From the NCBI GenBank assembly GCA_002269645.1, contig NIVC01001366.1, forward strand, positions 21,156 to 85,155: DNA of 64,000 nt, given 5' to 3'. A model generated the notes under the pieces. That model did no database searches. It saw only the letters and a program-made list of their open reading frames with translations, and was not told the DNA's origin. The position numbers and the translations under genes were made by a program. The first letter of the stretch is position 1. Every line of letters starts with the position of its first letter. The DNA is from Macrostomum lignano (taxonomy: Eukaryota). This document shows, one piece after another, positions 22,634-34,900 of this stretch.

Positions 22634-25600
22634 AGCTCCACCTCGGCCGTCTCAATCTCCATGGGCGGCACCGCCAGCGCCTCGGCGACGGGCCCGTAGT
22701 CGTACATCAGGCTGAGCGACTTTCGCCTGGCGGACAGCAGCGACAGGTCGGCGAAGAGGCCGGACAGCGGCACGGAGGCGGAGGCGGACACGCGGCACTC
22801 GTCGGTGGTGAGCGGGAAGGCGCAGGAGACGCCCGGCGGTGCAGGCTGAGCTGAGCGGTGCGCTCATTGTGCAGGGTGCGCAGGTTCAGCAGGTGCAGGT
22901 CGCAGGCGAGGCCGGCGGGGGGCGCCAGCGACAGGCGGGCGGGGACGCCGGCCAGGTCGGAGTCGGCAGCGAGCCTTGCGGAGGGCATCGCCACAGGCGG
23001 GTGCAGCAGGGAGTCCAGGCTGAGGGTGGCCAGGCCGCTGGGGAAGCCGAGGTCGCCGTCGGCGTCGGCGGGGCCGGAGGCGGCCTCCAGCAGCAGGCGG
23101 AAGGTGCTGGGAGTTGGCCGATTGTCGAGGACGCCCTGCGCCAGGCCGAGGCCATCGTCCTGGGCCAGGGTGCGGTCCAGGAACAGCTCCAGGCTGCCGC
23201 TGGCCGGGCTGTGCACCCCCATGGGCTGGGCCGCCACCACGGACAGGCGCACGCCGTTAGACTGCAGGGACGAAGGAAATTGTGCAAATGTACTTTTGCT
23301 GATCAGTCTTGGAGCTTGGATAGAACTAAAGGATTATGGCAACGCCTGGCCTGCTACTTTAAAAAACCCCCACTTGGGCTGATTTCACAGAGTGACGGTG
23401 ACTAATTGATAAGTGACAGTGACTATTTGACAAGTGACAGTGGCCATATGACAAGTGACAGTGATTATTTGACAAGTGACAGTGGCCATTTGACAAGTGA
23501 CAGTGACTATTTGACAAGTGACAGTGACAATTTTACAAGTGACAGTGACTATTTGACAAGTGACAGTGGCCATTTGACAAGTGACAGTGACTATTTGACA
23601 AGTGACAGTGACAATTTTACAAGTGACAGTGACTATTTGACAAGTGACAGTGGCCATTTGACAAGTGACAGTGACTATTTGACAAGTGACAGTGACTATT
23701 CGACAAGTGACAGTGACTACTTGACAAGTGACAGTGGCCTTTGACAAGTGACAGTGGCCATTTGACAAGTGACAGTGACTATTTGACAAGTGACAGTGAT
23801 TATTTGACAAGTGACAGTGACTATTTGACAAGTGACAGTGATTTTTTGACAAGTGACAGTGGCCTTTGACAAGTGACAGTGACTATTTGACAAGTGACAG
23901 TGGCCATTTGACAAGTGACAGTGACTATCTGACAAGTGACAGTGATTATTTGACAAGTGACAGTGACTATTTGACAAGTGACAGTGATTTTTTGACAAGT
24001 GACAGTGGCCTTTGACAAGTGACAGTGACTATTTGACAAGTGACAGTGATTACTTCTTGACAAGTGACTGTGACTATTTGACAAGTGACAGGGATTACTT
24101 CTTGACAAGTGACTGTGACTAGTGACAATTGTGACCGTTTGAAGAAATTTTAATTGAGCTACCGATGTATAAACAGTTATCAAATGCTGGAGACCAGACG
24201 GCAGCGGTTAGCTCTACCTGCATGAAGGCCTGGCAGGGCATGGGATACACGTTGGCCTGCAGAGGCAGCTTCTCCCAGTAGGTCCGCTTGGCCAGCTGCA
24301 GGCAGTTGATGTCCGAGTAGAAATTCCTCTGTCCGAGCCCGGTGTCCAGCCGCACGGCCACCTCCAGGTTGGAGTTGCCGCGCACGTTGGCGAGGCTCTC
24401 GATCTCCAGGCCGGCACCCTGCGCGGAGTCCAGGCTGGCGTACAGCCGCGTCACGGTGCGGGCGAACTGGCCGCCCCGGTGCACCTCGGACACGAGCGGG
24501 CCGGACACCCGGGTGACGGGTCCGGGCTGGTCGGAGGCTGGCCGGCCGGGCCCGTCCGGCAGGAACAAGTAGGCGCCGCTGCGCTCCCCGCCAGGCCGCG
24601 CTCCGTAGGTGTAAAACTTCACGTTCAGCGGCATGCGGCGGCCGCCCAGCTTTTTGTTGGTGAGGCCGGTGGGCAGGCCGCTGGTGGGGTCGAACTCCAC
24701 GCTGAGGTGCTCCGACTCCAGCGCCAGCTTGGCCGGCCGGCTGGCCGCAGCGAATGGGGCGGGCGCGGGCAGGGGGGCTCCGGCGCCGGTGTGGGCGAGA
24801 GCGGAGACGGAGAGGCTGGCGCTGGGGCCGCGGCTGACGGCCAGGCGGGTGAGGGACAGCGGCTCCAGACGCAGCAGCACGGCCACGCCGAAGCAGTCGG
24901 TGCGGATGTCCTTCCAGTCCGCGGTGAACTGCGGCAGCAGCTGAGCCGGCAGCTCCTTTCCTTCGTGGTCCTTGACAATCACCTGGGCGTCGTTGACAAC
25001 CAGCCGTATGACCTCCTTGCGAGCTCTGGCCAGCGGGTTGAAGATGACAACGTAGCGGGCGGCGGCGCCGGAACGGATGTCGATGACGCTTGGCGTCGGC
25101 AGCGAGTCGTGCCGGTCGCGGGACTCAAAGTCAGCCAGCAGCTCGCCAGCATCGGAGCTGTAGGTGGCGGGCAGCAGCAGGAACTGGGCGGAGCGGCGCA
25201 TCACCAGGCGGGCGCTGAACAGCGCGGCCAGCAGCTTCTGCCCGTAGTCTATGACCACGTGGTCCTTGGCTGTGCCCGTGATGCCGTCATGGTGCTGGAA
25301 GAGGCCCAGGCTGCGTCTGGGGTGCGGGGTGGCGGCGGGTCGTTTTGGTGCGCACATTTTATGGCAAGCTGGGGATTCTGCGGTGGTGAGGAGGGGATTC
25401 TGTGGTGGTGAGGAGGGGATTCTGCGGTGGTGAGGAGGGGATTCTACGGTGGTGAGGAGGGGATTCTGCGGTGGTGAGGAGGGGGTTCTGCGGTGGTGAG
25501 GAGGGGATTCTGCGGTGGTGAGGAGGGGATTCTACGGTGGTGAGGAGGGGATTCTGCGGTGGTGAGGAGGGGGTTCTGCGGTGGTGAGGAGGGGATTCTG

Positions 25601-28491
25601 CGGTGGTGAGGAGGGGATTCTGCGGTGGTGAGGAGGGGGTTCTGCGGTGGTGAGGAGGGGGTTCTGCGGTGGTCTGGGGATTTTCCTTGGTAAGGATGGA
25701 CTTCTTATTCAGGTGGTCAGGGATTCATGAATCGGCTATGGTAGTCTCAGGCTTACCTGGCGGTGGTGAGCGACTCAAACAGGTGCGCGGGTTTCAGCGC
25801 AGACCGTCGGTGAGTTTGCTGGGCGCGGCCAACAGCGTAGGAGAAGAGCAGCTCAGCGGAGCGCAGCGAGTGCTCCAGGGTCCGCTCCAGGCGCTTGTGG
25901 AAGGGCCGGCTGGTGTAGTAGCCGCTCCAGTAGTGGTCGTCCCGGTCCGAGTAGGTGAAGAAGTCGCCTGAAGGGTTGGCGGGCGTAAAGTTAGGTAGAA
26001 AATTCCCGCTGGTCTAGAACTCCATGACCAGACTAGACCAGTGGGTTTCCACTCCAGGTTCGGAGTCTAGAACTCCATGACCAGACTCGACCAGTGGGTT
26101 TCCACTCCAGTTTCAGAGTCTAGAACTCCATGGCCAGACTAGACCAGTGGGTTTCCCTCCAGGTTCGGAGTCTAGAACTCCATGGCCAGACTAGACCAGT
26201 GGGTTTCCACTCCAATTTCAGAGTCTAGAACTCCATGGTTAACAGTTAGAGCAATGGCTCACCTGTGAGCGAAGGAAAGCTGGCATTCTGCTTAGCCAGC
26301 AGGTCAAAGTACTCGGACAGGGTGCCGAACTTCACATTGGCATTCCAGTCGGCCCTGCTGTTGATGTAGGCCATGAGCTTGTCGTAGTTCTCGTACTGCC
26401 TGGTCCACTCGTTGCCCTGGTAACGGAAGTCGTCGCCCAGCGGCACCAGCAGGACGTTGGTGCCGAACAGGCTGGCCTTCTTCTTGTACTGGTCCAGCAG
26501 CAGCTCCGCCCTGGCCGCCACGTTGGCATCGCTGATTGGCTGCGGCGGCACGCGCCACGGACAGGTGACGGCGCTGCCGGGCAGGCGGTGGAAGTCGAAC
26601 TGGCAGCAGATTTTGGGGTCGGGGCCGCAGGTGTGCGGAATGTCGTAGCTGTAGAAGGGCATCATGTGGCACAGCATGTCGCTGCCCGGCTCCGCAACCT
26701 GCGGGTCCCACAGCTGCTTCCAGCGGAATTCCAGCTGGCGCTGCCGGGCCAGCCGCTTCTTCACCGAGTAGTGCACCCGCTGGACCAGCTGGCGCCGGAA
26801 GCCGGCCTTCCGGTAGATGTAGGACAGGCTGCTGGAGTGGCCGAACGGGTCGATCTGCCAGGACGAGTTGGGCCGCACGCCGATGTGCTTCTCCAGCCAC
26901 TGGTGGCCCTCCACCAGCTGGTCCACCAGGGCGAAGTAGTGGCTGTTGGCCTCGTCCGGCATCACCCAGCCGCCGCTGACGATCTCCAGCCGGCCGGAGC
27001 CGATCAGCTGCTTGGCGGTGTCCCGCTGCTGGTTGGACAGCTCCGACCACCACATGGACAGGAAGGACACCTCGGCGTAGATGAAGGTCATGCGGGGTAA
27101 GGTGGGCAGGCTGCTCAGCATGCCATTGAGCAGGTTAACGGTCTCCGTGCGGTAATACTCATCCAGGGTCTTGCGCCAGCCGGGGTCATTGTGGCTGTGC
27201 GGCACCACAATGACTTGCAGCTTGTTGGCGGGGGTGAACCGCTGAGGATCGAAGGTCACCTGCCAGCCCTGCGGAGTTCATGGCGAGCAGCGAGTGGTTC
27301 ATGTTTAGCGACTGGTGGCTTGAGTTTCTGCTCATCGATGTCTGTAACCCACCGACTGACAATGCTCATCGATACCTGTAACCCACCGACTGACAATGCT
27401 CATCAATACCTGTAACCCACCGACTGACAATGCTCATCGATACCTGTAACCCACCGACTGACAATGCTCATCGATACCTGAAACCCACCGACTGACAATG
27501 CTCATCGATACCTGTAATCTACAGACTGACAATTCTCATCAATACCTGTAACCCACCGACTGACAATTCTCATCAATACGTGTAACCTACAGACTGACAA
27601 TTCTCATCAATACGTGTAACCCACCGACTGACAATTCTCATCAATACGTGTAACCCACCGACTGACAATTCTCATCAATACGTGTAACCCACCGACTGAC
27701 AATTCTCATCAATACCTGTAACCCACCGACTGACAATTCTCATCAATACGTGTAACCCACCGACTGACAATTCTCATCAATACGTGTAACCTACAGACTG
27801 ACAATTCTCATCGATACCTGTAACCCACCGACTGACAATTCTCATCAATACGTGTAACCTACAGACTGACAATACCTGTAGAGCGCTCCGCCACTAAGTA
27901 TTCTCAAAGCTGTGGAGTCGTGGACTCTCAAACCGCAGCTGGACAGAAAATGCTCACCTGCTTCCACGGACCGCCGTCGGGATTGTCGAAGCTGATCTCG
28001 CTGTACAGTCGGGACATCGGCAGGTCCGCCCGGTGCTGTCGGTTCAGCAGCGCCGACCAGGGCGCCGGGCAGGTGCGCAACGCGTTGACCGCCAGCTGCG
28101 GCACGGGAATTTGCTGCTGCTGCTGGCCGGCTGCTGCAACGCCAGGCGGCGGCTGCAGGGCGCCCTTGAGCGCGCCGTGCAGATCAGCGAGGGCGGCGTT
28201 GCCCGCCCCCAGCTGGCCGTTGGCGTTGAGGTGCGCCAGCAGGCTGTCGATCTTGGCGTTGCCGGACCGGCCGGCCGTGATCTCCTGCACTGCCTCCCGG
28301 ATGAGGCGCAGCGCCTCGCGAGTCAGCTTGAGCTGCGACTCAAACTTGCGCACCTGCTCCTCCATGGCGGCCAGGTCCGACTGCGAGATCTGACCGGGTT
28401 CGGGCGAGGCCGTCCGGTCCAGCATGTTGTAGAACAGGAAGAGCAACAGGAAGAAGACGGCCAAGTAGTACTTGAGGTAGCGCCAGCGCAT
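22627..28491 (-). CDS. MAN2A1: Golgi alpha-mannosidase II (GH38), 5 exons, ~1161 aa; apparent 1-nt deletion at ~22833 in the last exon
   Basis: Exons 28491-27958, 27268-26263, 25967-25757, 25316-24218 and 23261-22627. N-terminal TM anchor and motifs [58 protein letters not shown] and DRTLAQDD. The last exon is 635 nt; adding one G restores HRRGVSCAF...SLSLMY...PPMEIET...G**. Confidence 0.93.
23405..24125. repeat. 21-bp minisatellite in MAN2A intron 4
   Basis: Unit tgacaagtgacagtgactatt, about 34 copies. Confidence 0.9.
25372..25672. repeat. 22-bp minisatellite in MAN2A intron 3
   Basis: Unit gaggaggggattctgcggtggt, about 13 copies. Confidence 0.9.
26010..26238. repeat. 53-bp tandem repeat in MAN2A intron 2
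   Basis: Unit gtctagaactccatgaccagactagaccagtgggtttccactccaggttcgga, about 4.3 copies. Confidence 0.85.
27330..27880. repeat. 34-bp minisatellite in MAN2A intron 1
   Basis: Unit acccaccgactgacaattctcatcaatacgtgta, about 16 copies. Confidence 0.9.
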
Positions 28492-28554
28492 GGTGGCTGC
28501 CGGCGCTGCAATGGGTGCGGATTTGGCTGGACTCAACTGGCAAGGGCGGCTGGG

Positions 28555-28960
28555 GTGGCTGCTCAGCCTGAGGATCTGGGAGGCTGGCTGCTCAGTCTGA
28601 GGATCTGGTAGGGCCGCTGCTCAGCCTGAGGATCTGGTAGGGCCGCTGCTCAGCCTGAGGATCTGGGAGGGCCGCTGCTCAGCCTGAGGATCTGGGAGGC
28701 TGGCTGCTCAGCCTGAGGATCTGGGAGGCTGGCTGCTCAGCCTGAGGATCTGGGAGGGCCGCTGCTCAGCCTGAGGATCTGGGAGGCTGGCTGCTCAGCC
28801 TGAGGATCTGTAGGGCCGCTGCTCAGCCTGAGGATCTGGGAGGGCCGCTGCTCAGCCTGAGGATCTGGTAGGGCCGCTGCTCAGCCTGAGGATCTGGTAG
28901 GGCTGCTGCTCAGCCTGAGGATCTGGGAGGGCCGCTGCTCAGCCTGAGGATCTGGAAGGG
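28555..28960. repeat. 29-bp minisatellite between THOC3 and MAN2A
   Basis: Unit ctgctcagcctgaggatctgggagggccg, about 14 copies. Confidence 0.9.
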
Positions 28961-29602
28961 TAGCCTGAGGACTCATAGAGCTAACAGACGTGACAGCTTC
29001 CAGCTTCGGCAGGCACAGAGCAAATGGGTCAGTGACGAGAGCAGCGACTGGGATTTGTGTAAAAGCCAGCAGTAACAGGGGATGGAGGGGACCAGAGCTC
29101 GGGGAACTGAACAGCTAGATAAAAGGCCGGACAAATCTAGACTGTGGGGAGAGTTAAGGCACAACGGCTGCCCTCTGATTGCTAGGAAAACAGGCCTGTC
29201 TTTTATTAGAGAATTCGGTGGCGTGAGCCCAGATACATTCTATGAATATACTGTCAGAAAAATAATGAACAAGAACTCAACGTTATGGCTGCGTCAGAGA
29301 TGCCTCTGAGCACATGAGCGCCGGGAACTCAGCATTAGGCATTTATATAAGCACTATCATGTACACAGAAAGTCCAGAGTAATAAACAGATCATGCTAAG
29401 CAACCACAAAGGACCGATTTGCGCCAGATTTGTATGAGCGTTGCACAGAAGCACAAAAGCTGCATGCAGTCAACAGCAGTAGCTTCGAGGCAACAAGCAA
29501 TGCACTTTAATAGAAATGCACATTTTTTCTGTTCATAGCATACTGATAATTTGTCTACCAATCAGACCGTCGCAGAATCCACAGTCGGTTGTCCGAGCTT
29601 CA

Positions 29603-31037
29603 TCAGCTCTCCACGGCAACGCTAAACGTCTTGACGCAGGCGGCGTCCCTGGCGTCGTGGTATTTGTCCCGGTCGGCGCCGTAGGCCAGCAGGTAGCAGC
29701 GGGGGTGCCAGGCCAGAGTGAAGGAGGAGTTGTTAGTGGCGTGCTGCAGCACCTGCTCGCCTGTGGCCGAGTGCGAGATGTCGATGAAGTGGTCCTCGGA
29801 GCCGGCGGCCAGCAGCTGGCCATCGTGGCTGAAGCTGATGGTGCGCACCGGCCACTCCAGCCGGCCGGAGGCGGCCAGCGGCGCCAGTTCGGTGGCGGAC
29901 CAGATCGTCACCAGGGCGTCCGCGGCTCCAGTGGCGAAGTAGCGGCCGGTGCGGTCGAAGTCCAGACAGATGCAGTTGGTGGGGTGTGCCTGGAGGGCGG
30001 GGCGGCGATGGGGCCAATAATGAGCGATTCGAACAGCCATTGAAGCCATTGAGATCAGACTGGCAGCTCGGCAGGGGCGTAGCCAGGAGTTTTCATTGGG
30101 TGTCTTTGGGGACCAAAGGCGCCAGCACCAAAGGCACCAGCACCAAAGGCGCCAGCACCAAAGGCGCCAGCACCAAAGGCGCCAGCACCAAAGGCGCCAG
30201 CACCAAAGGCGCCAGCACCAAAGGCGCCAGCACCAAAGGCACCACGCGCTCGATGTTGTATTTTAACTATCAGTGCGCAAGCTTTTTGCACACATTATAA
30301 AAGAGATTTGCTTCATATTCTTTCCATGCTACTCATCAGTAGGCAGTATCGTAATTTCAAGCCAAAATCTTCCAGAAATGGCAATGGCAGCCGGGAAAGA
30401 CAGAAGCAGTAAAACTGCCGATCAGCAGTTGCGAACCCACCTGCAGGGTGGTCTCCAGCTGCATGTCCGGATACGAGAACACCTGCACGCTGCCAAGCCC
30501 GGTTGTCATGAAGAAGGCGTCCCCGGTGCAGTTCCAGGACACCTCGTTCACCTCCAGCTTGAACTGCTCCTCGCGGGCCACCTTGCGCGTCTTCACGTCA
30601 ACAAAGGAGACGAGGTCCTCCTTGTTGCCCACGGCGATGCACTCGCCATTGGGCGACCAGGTCACGTTGATGTTCTCGCCGCGGAGCACCAGCGTGGCGA
30701 CCGAGTGCTGCGTGCGGGCGTCCCACAGGCGCAGCGACTTGTCCGAGCTGGCGGTGGCCAGCAGGCTGGGGTGGCGAGGGTTCCAGCACAGCTGGTCCAC
30801 GCTGCCCGTGTGGCCCTTGAAGGTGACGTCCTTGGACAGACGGCCGGAGTCCAGGGAGAACAGGTTGACGACGCGGTCAACGGAGCCGGTGGCCAGCCGG
30901 GAGCCGTCGCTGCTCCACTTGAGGGTGTGGATCTTGCCGGAGTAGGAGTTGTACTCCCGGCTGCGGCTGGGGCCGCGCAGCAGGGCGCGCAGGCCTGCCA
31001 GGGAGTCCACTGTGGGCGGTGGCGGCGGCGGCGACAT
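29603..31037 (-). CDS. THOC3: THO complex subunit 3 (WD40), 2 exons, ~327 aa
   Basis: Exons 31037-30441 and 29989-29603 (597+387 nt). WD40 motifs KIHTLKWSSDGSRLATGSVD, GHTGSVDQLCW, ENINVTWSP, LQ|AHPTNCICLDFDRTGRYFATGAADALVTIW, LEWPVRTISFSHDG and AWHP..YLLAY. Confidence 0.93.
30111..30243. repeat. 15-bp repeat in the THOC3 intron
   Basis: Unit caccaaaggcgccag, about 9 copies. Confidence 0.85.
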
Positions 31038-31775
31038 GGAGGGCTGGAGGCCGCTGGGCTGCGGGGTGGGAGAAATGCCAGGCTTAGTGTAGGATTGTTG
31101 AGCCAGCATACACTCTACACTTTACATAACAATGGTCTATGTCCTGGCCTAGGCCTTTTTAATAATTTTGATATACATATGTTGTCTATGTTCTCCAAGT
31201 TATATTGCACAAATTATTTTAAAACAGAATATTTAGGCCACAATGATTATGCTTATTGATATATTTTTTCCAAAATTCTTTATAAAAAACATGGAAAAAT
31301 ACCTAGTAGTCCATAAGCAATAACCTGCTAAGAGAACCCAAGACCATAAATTTCTATATACAAGTATGAGAAACTAAGAGTAGCAATTGAAGTACCCAAA
31401 TTAGCGTCTCATTTTATTATATTAATTGTCTCTGGTCCAAAAGTAGCTTAGAATTACTTTTCCGAATTCTAAGCCTAAATGTTTCTATTGTGAAATGCAT
31501 TCTAATGTCATGTTCAATATAATAAAAGACAAGAAGACCCACATCAGTGTGCCACCATTTGTCACCTGGCAATTGCTGGCAAGAGGTTTAAGAGGTGGTT
31601 GATGCTGTCCACAGAGCCAAGACTTTCTCTGACAGTCACATTCGAAAGCTCATTGGCATGGTAATAGAGGCTGGAAAGGATACCAGATCAGACACCAAGC
31701 CAGATGGGAGGGTAGTCCATCTAAATAGCCACTCTAAATGTATGAAAATTGGAGCTTTGTGGACATGCTTGGGCG

Positions 31776-31921
31776 CAACCTAGGGATTCACCCGGCCGTT
31801 TCTATTGGCAACACACATGTAAGTCGCTATTGGACGGAAAAGTAGTCATGTGACTGCTCTCAGCCAATAGCGACTTACGTGTATGTTGCCAATAGAAACA
31901 GCCGAGTGATTCCCAAGGTTG
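31776..31921. repeat. 146-bp near-perfect palindrome (foldback/MITE-like)
   Basis: Arms caacctagggattcacccggccgtttctattggcaacacacatgtaagtcgctattgg (31776-31833) and its reverse complement (31864-31921), with an inner agtagtca/tgactgct stem. Confidence 0.8.
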
Positions 31922-34900
31922 TGCATATATGTTTGTGGAGTGTGACAAGGTGTGTAAAGAAGCAGTTTGGATAATTGGGCTCTACTCAATTGCACGATCT
32001 CCCTCAGCCTGGCATATCAATGTATGCCCTTGTCAACTGTCATAGTGACCTGTTTTGCTGGCTTAGCTGGAGTGTGTCACTGTTTAGAAGGAGCAGCTGC
32101 GCCACTGCTTATTTGTAGCCCAGTGACAACTTGGAGCTAGCTTTGAAGCATGGCCTAAAGCTCCTAACAATCAAGGCATGGTGAAAAATCTTAGCATTTT
32201 TCAATCCACAATGCCTAGTAGCAATATAAGCAAATGCCTTTGAAGACTGCTAGACTAGCATGCAAATCTTATATTCAGTTATTCTGGTATATGTCATGGC
32301 CTTCTTGGGGCTTAATTTGAAGTTAATTACCAAACAGAAAAAGTTCTAAAAACAGTGAAGATATTTTTGTAGCTATGGAAACCAAATAAGGCAACCAATG
32401 CAACAGTAAAAAACTTAGTTTCCTTTATAATTTTTATCTGCAATAACCTGTGCTAAACACAAGCATATTGCTAAAGCTGATAGTAGTATAAGTAAGTGTG
32501 ACAAAATCATAGAGTCCAACCAAGCTTAGATGATTTTGGATGTCAAGAACTTTGTTGAGCATAGAGTTTTTTCAACTGATTCAAATAATACCAATATATT
32601 ATTTTTATACAATTTATTTCAAATTTTATACTTCATAACTGCATGTAGATTTGTTGTTTAGTATATTATTAAACTTATGTAGGATGGTTTTGTTTAGTTG
32701 ATTGCATGTGCGCAAGTTTACTAGCCCATATATACATTTGCTTGCTGTACAATCATAATATATAAGTGAGTACTTGGTGCCCTGGGCAGCCAAGAGTCAG
32801 TCTACACCTTAAGCCTATTCTTGTCTTGGCTTGTTCTTACACTTGAAAATTTTGAAAAAAAATGAAGACTGATCCTTATATCTAAAGATGCAATTTTAAC
32901 TTAATAGTGCACTTCATAGTTAACTTTTTTATAATTTATATCAATTGTATTACAATCATGACATAACAAAACAATAATGTCAATGGCATGAAATTTCATT
33001 AATATTAAATTAAGTTTGAGTGTTTAATAAAGCATATTATAAATATGCTTTAAAAATATGAATAAATAAGATGCATTCTTATTTACATATATAAATTGAA
33101 GACTTTAGCTAAAAGAAGTAATTAGCTAACAGCTAGTATTAATATATAATATTAGCTAGCTATACTGTTTCAGCCCACTATTACTTTATTATCCTAAAAT
33201 TGTTCCATAACTAACTATTATCAAAATTGCTCTTCAAAGTTCAAAACTTTTAATTAAGTATATAGATTCTTTTACTTTAAACTTGAGAGTTTTTAATTTT
33301 TTAAATACATGCTATATAAGTACTCAAACAACTATTCAATGAAAATCATTAGTCTAAAATCTCACTTAAATTGAGCATTAAAAACTCAATTCCTTGGCTT
33401 TATTAGGATGATAAAAAAGAAGCTATTGTCTACCTGCCATGTCACAATGTCCATATATTATGTTTATTAAAGTTTAGCTCCAGACTAGAGCTTTTATTTT
33501 ATAATGAACTTCAAAAATAGAAAGACCTAAATAGTGACTTCATAATCCATTAGAAGTTGTTCCAACATTGAGAATCTATTAAAAGTGAATTTATCATAGA
33601 AGAGGCCAGAATATCAAGGCTTAGTTAGACTATTAAATGAGACAGGACCTGTTTGCCAACTAAGCAACACTATAGGCCTTGGCAATTGTTATATTGCTGC
33701 AATATCTAGGTAAACAAGGTTTAAGTATGAGAGGATATAAATCAAATGAAAGATTTTTTGACAAATCTTAAATTAAAAGCTTTGAATAAAAAAGGCTTAA
33801 AATAATTAATGCAAAGACTTTATCATCATAAATCTTTGAATCATGATATTCAAAATAAGCTATTATAATTATGAGCTATTTATAATATTTTATTTATAAT
33901 ATAAAAGATACCAAGTATGTTTTGATCCTTGCAAATAAAACAATAGACTACAAAGATATCTAGCAGCTATATAGGCCCATTGCCCTATATTAGATAAATT
34001 CCAAATTTAATATTATTGACTCTAAAGTAAAGACTTTGCAGGCTTTTATGAATATCAAATATCTTTGCCAATAGAATTTACTATCTTTGTTAGACATATG
34101 GAAGGCCTAGCCTTTTTATTCTTTATTTGTATGCAAAAACAAACTTTCTTTGCCATTTTGAAATCTGCATGTTTTTAAGAAAACAATTTGTTTTAATAGT
34201 TGTATCTCTCAAAATATTTTTATGATTTATTTTTTGTTATAAATGAACGAAATTTTGGTATAAATAGATGCAAATTTTGGGCGAGAAGAAGCATACTCTC
34301 TTGTTCAAGCTTTGAATCAGCCTTTAACTCTTTAACTTTAGTTGAGAAATCTCTTAGTGAGTTCCAAAGAAATATTTTAAGAAGTGTATTTCCATGTTAA
34401 TTCATTTTCTAAATGAAGTGAGAGAAGGAAATGTATACAGTATATATACTACTAAGAAGTAGAACATTGGAAGAAAAAATATGACATATATCTTGAAATA
34501 TATAAGGGCTATGACCCTCTGATCCTAGTAATGCTTAGGACTAGAGAGAACATACATATAGTATATATACCAATATACCACATACTACTTAGGCCAGGAT
34601 AACAAAAGAACATTACCAAAATAACAGTAGAATGCTACCTGTAAGAGTTTAATTAATACTTAGATCAATACTCAGAATAATTCTTAGACAAATACTTAGA
34701 CCTATGTTTAGTTTTTAGATAAATATATTCAAATAAATACTCAAATATATATATATATACATATACTGATTTTAAGAAATTTTCTTTAACTTAGCCTAGG
34801 CCTATTCTAGGATAATAAATTTATAATAGAATGGAATAGTCTTGGTGGTAGCTACCAGCATTAGGAAATTAATAGAGAGAAGTTAAAGCCCTATATAGTA

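Noticed and set aside
15373-28611. Plus-strand ORFs antisense to PCCA, ZFYVE19 and MAN2A (e.g. 15373-16179, 19108-20133, 24479-25411)
   Set aside because: Shadow ORFs caused by the high GC3 of the real minus-strand genes.
13205-28960. Regular repeat arrays as possible CRISPR loci
   Set aside because: Units are contiguous with no unique spacers, there are no cas genes, and the context is eukaryotic with spliced genes.
13060-29610. CTGATGA at three stop codons as hammerhead ribozyme cores
   Set aside because: No downstream GAAA and no flanking stems I-III were found; better explained as tandem stops.
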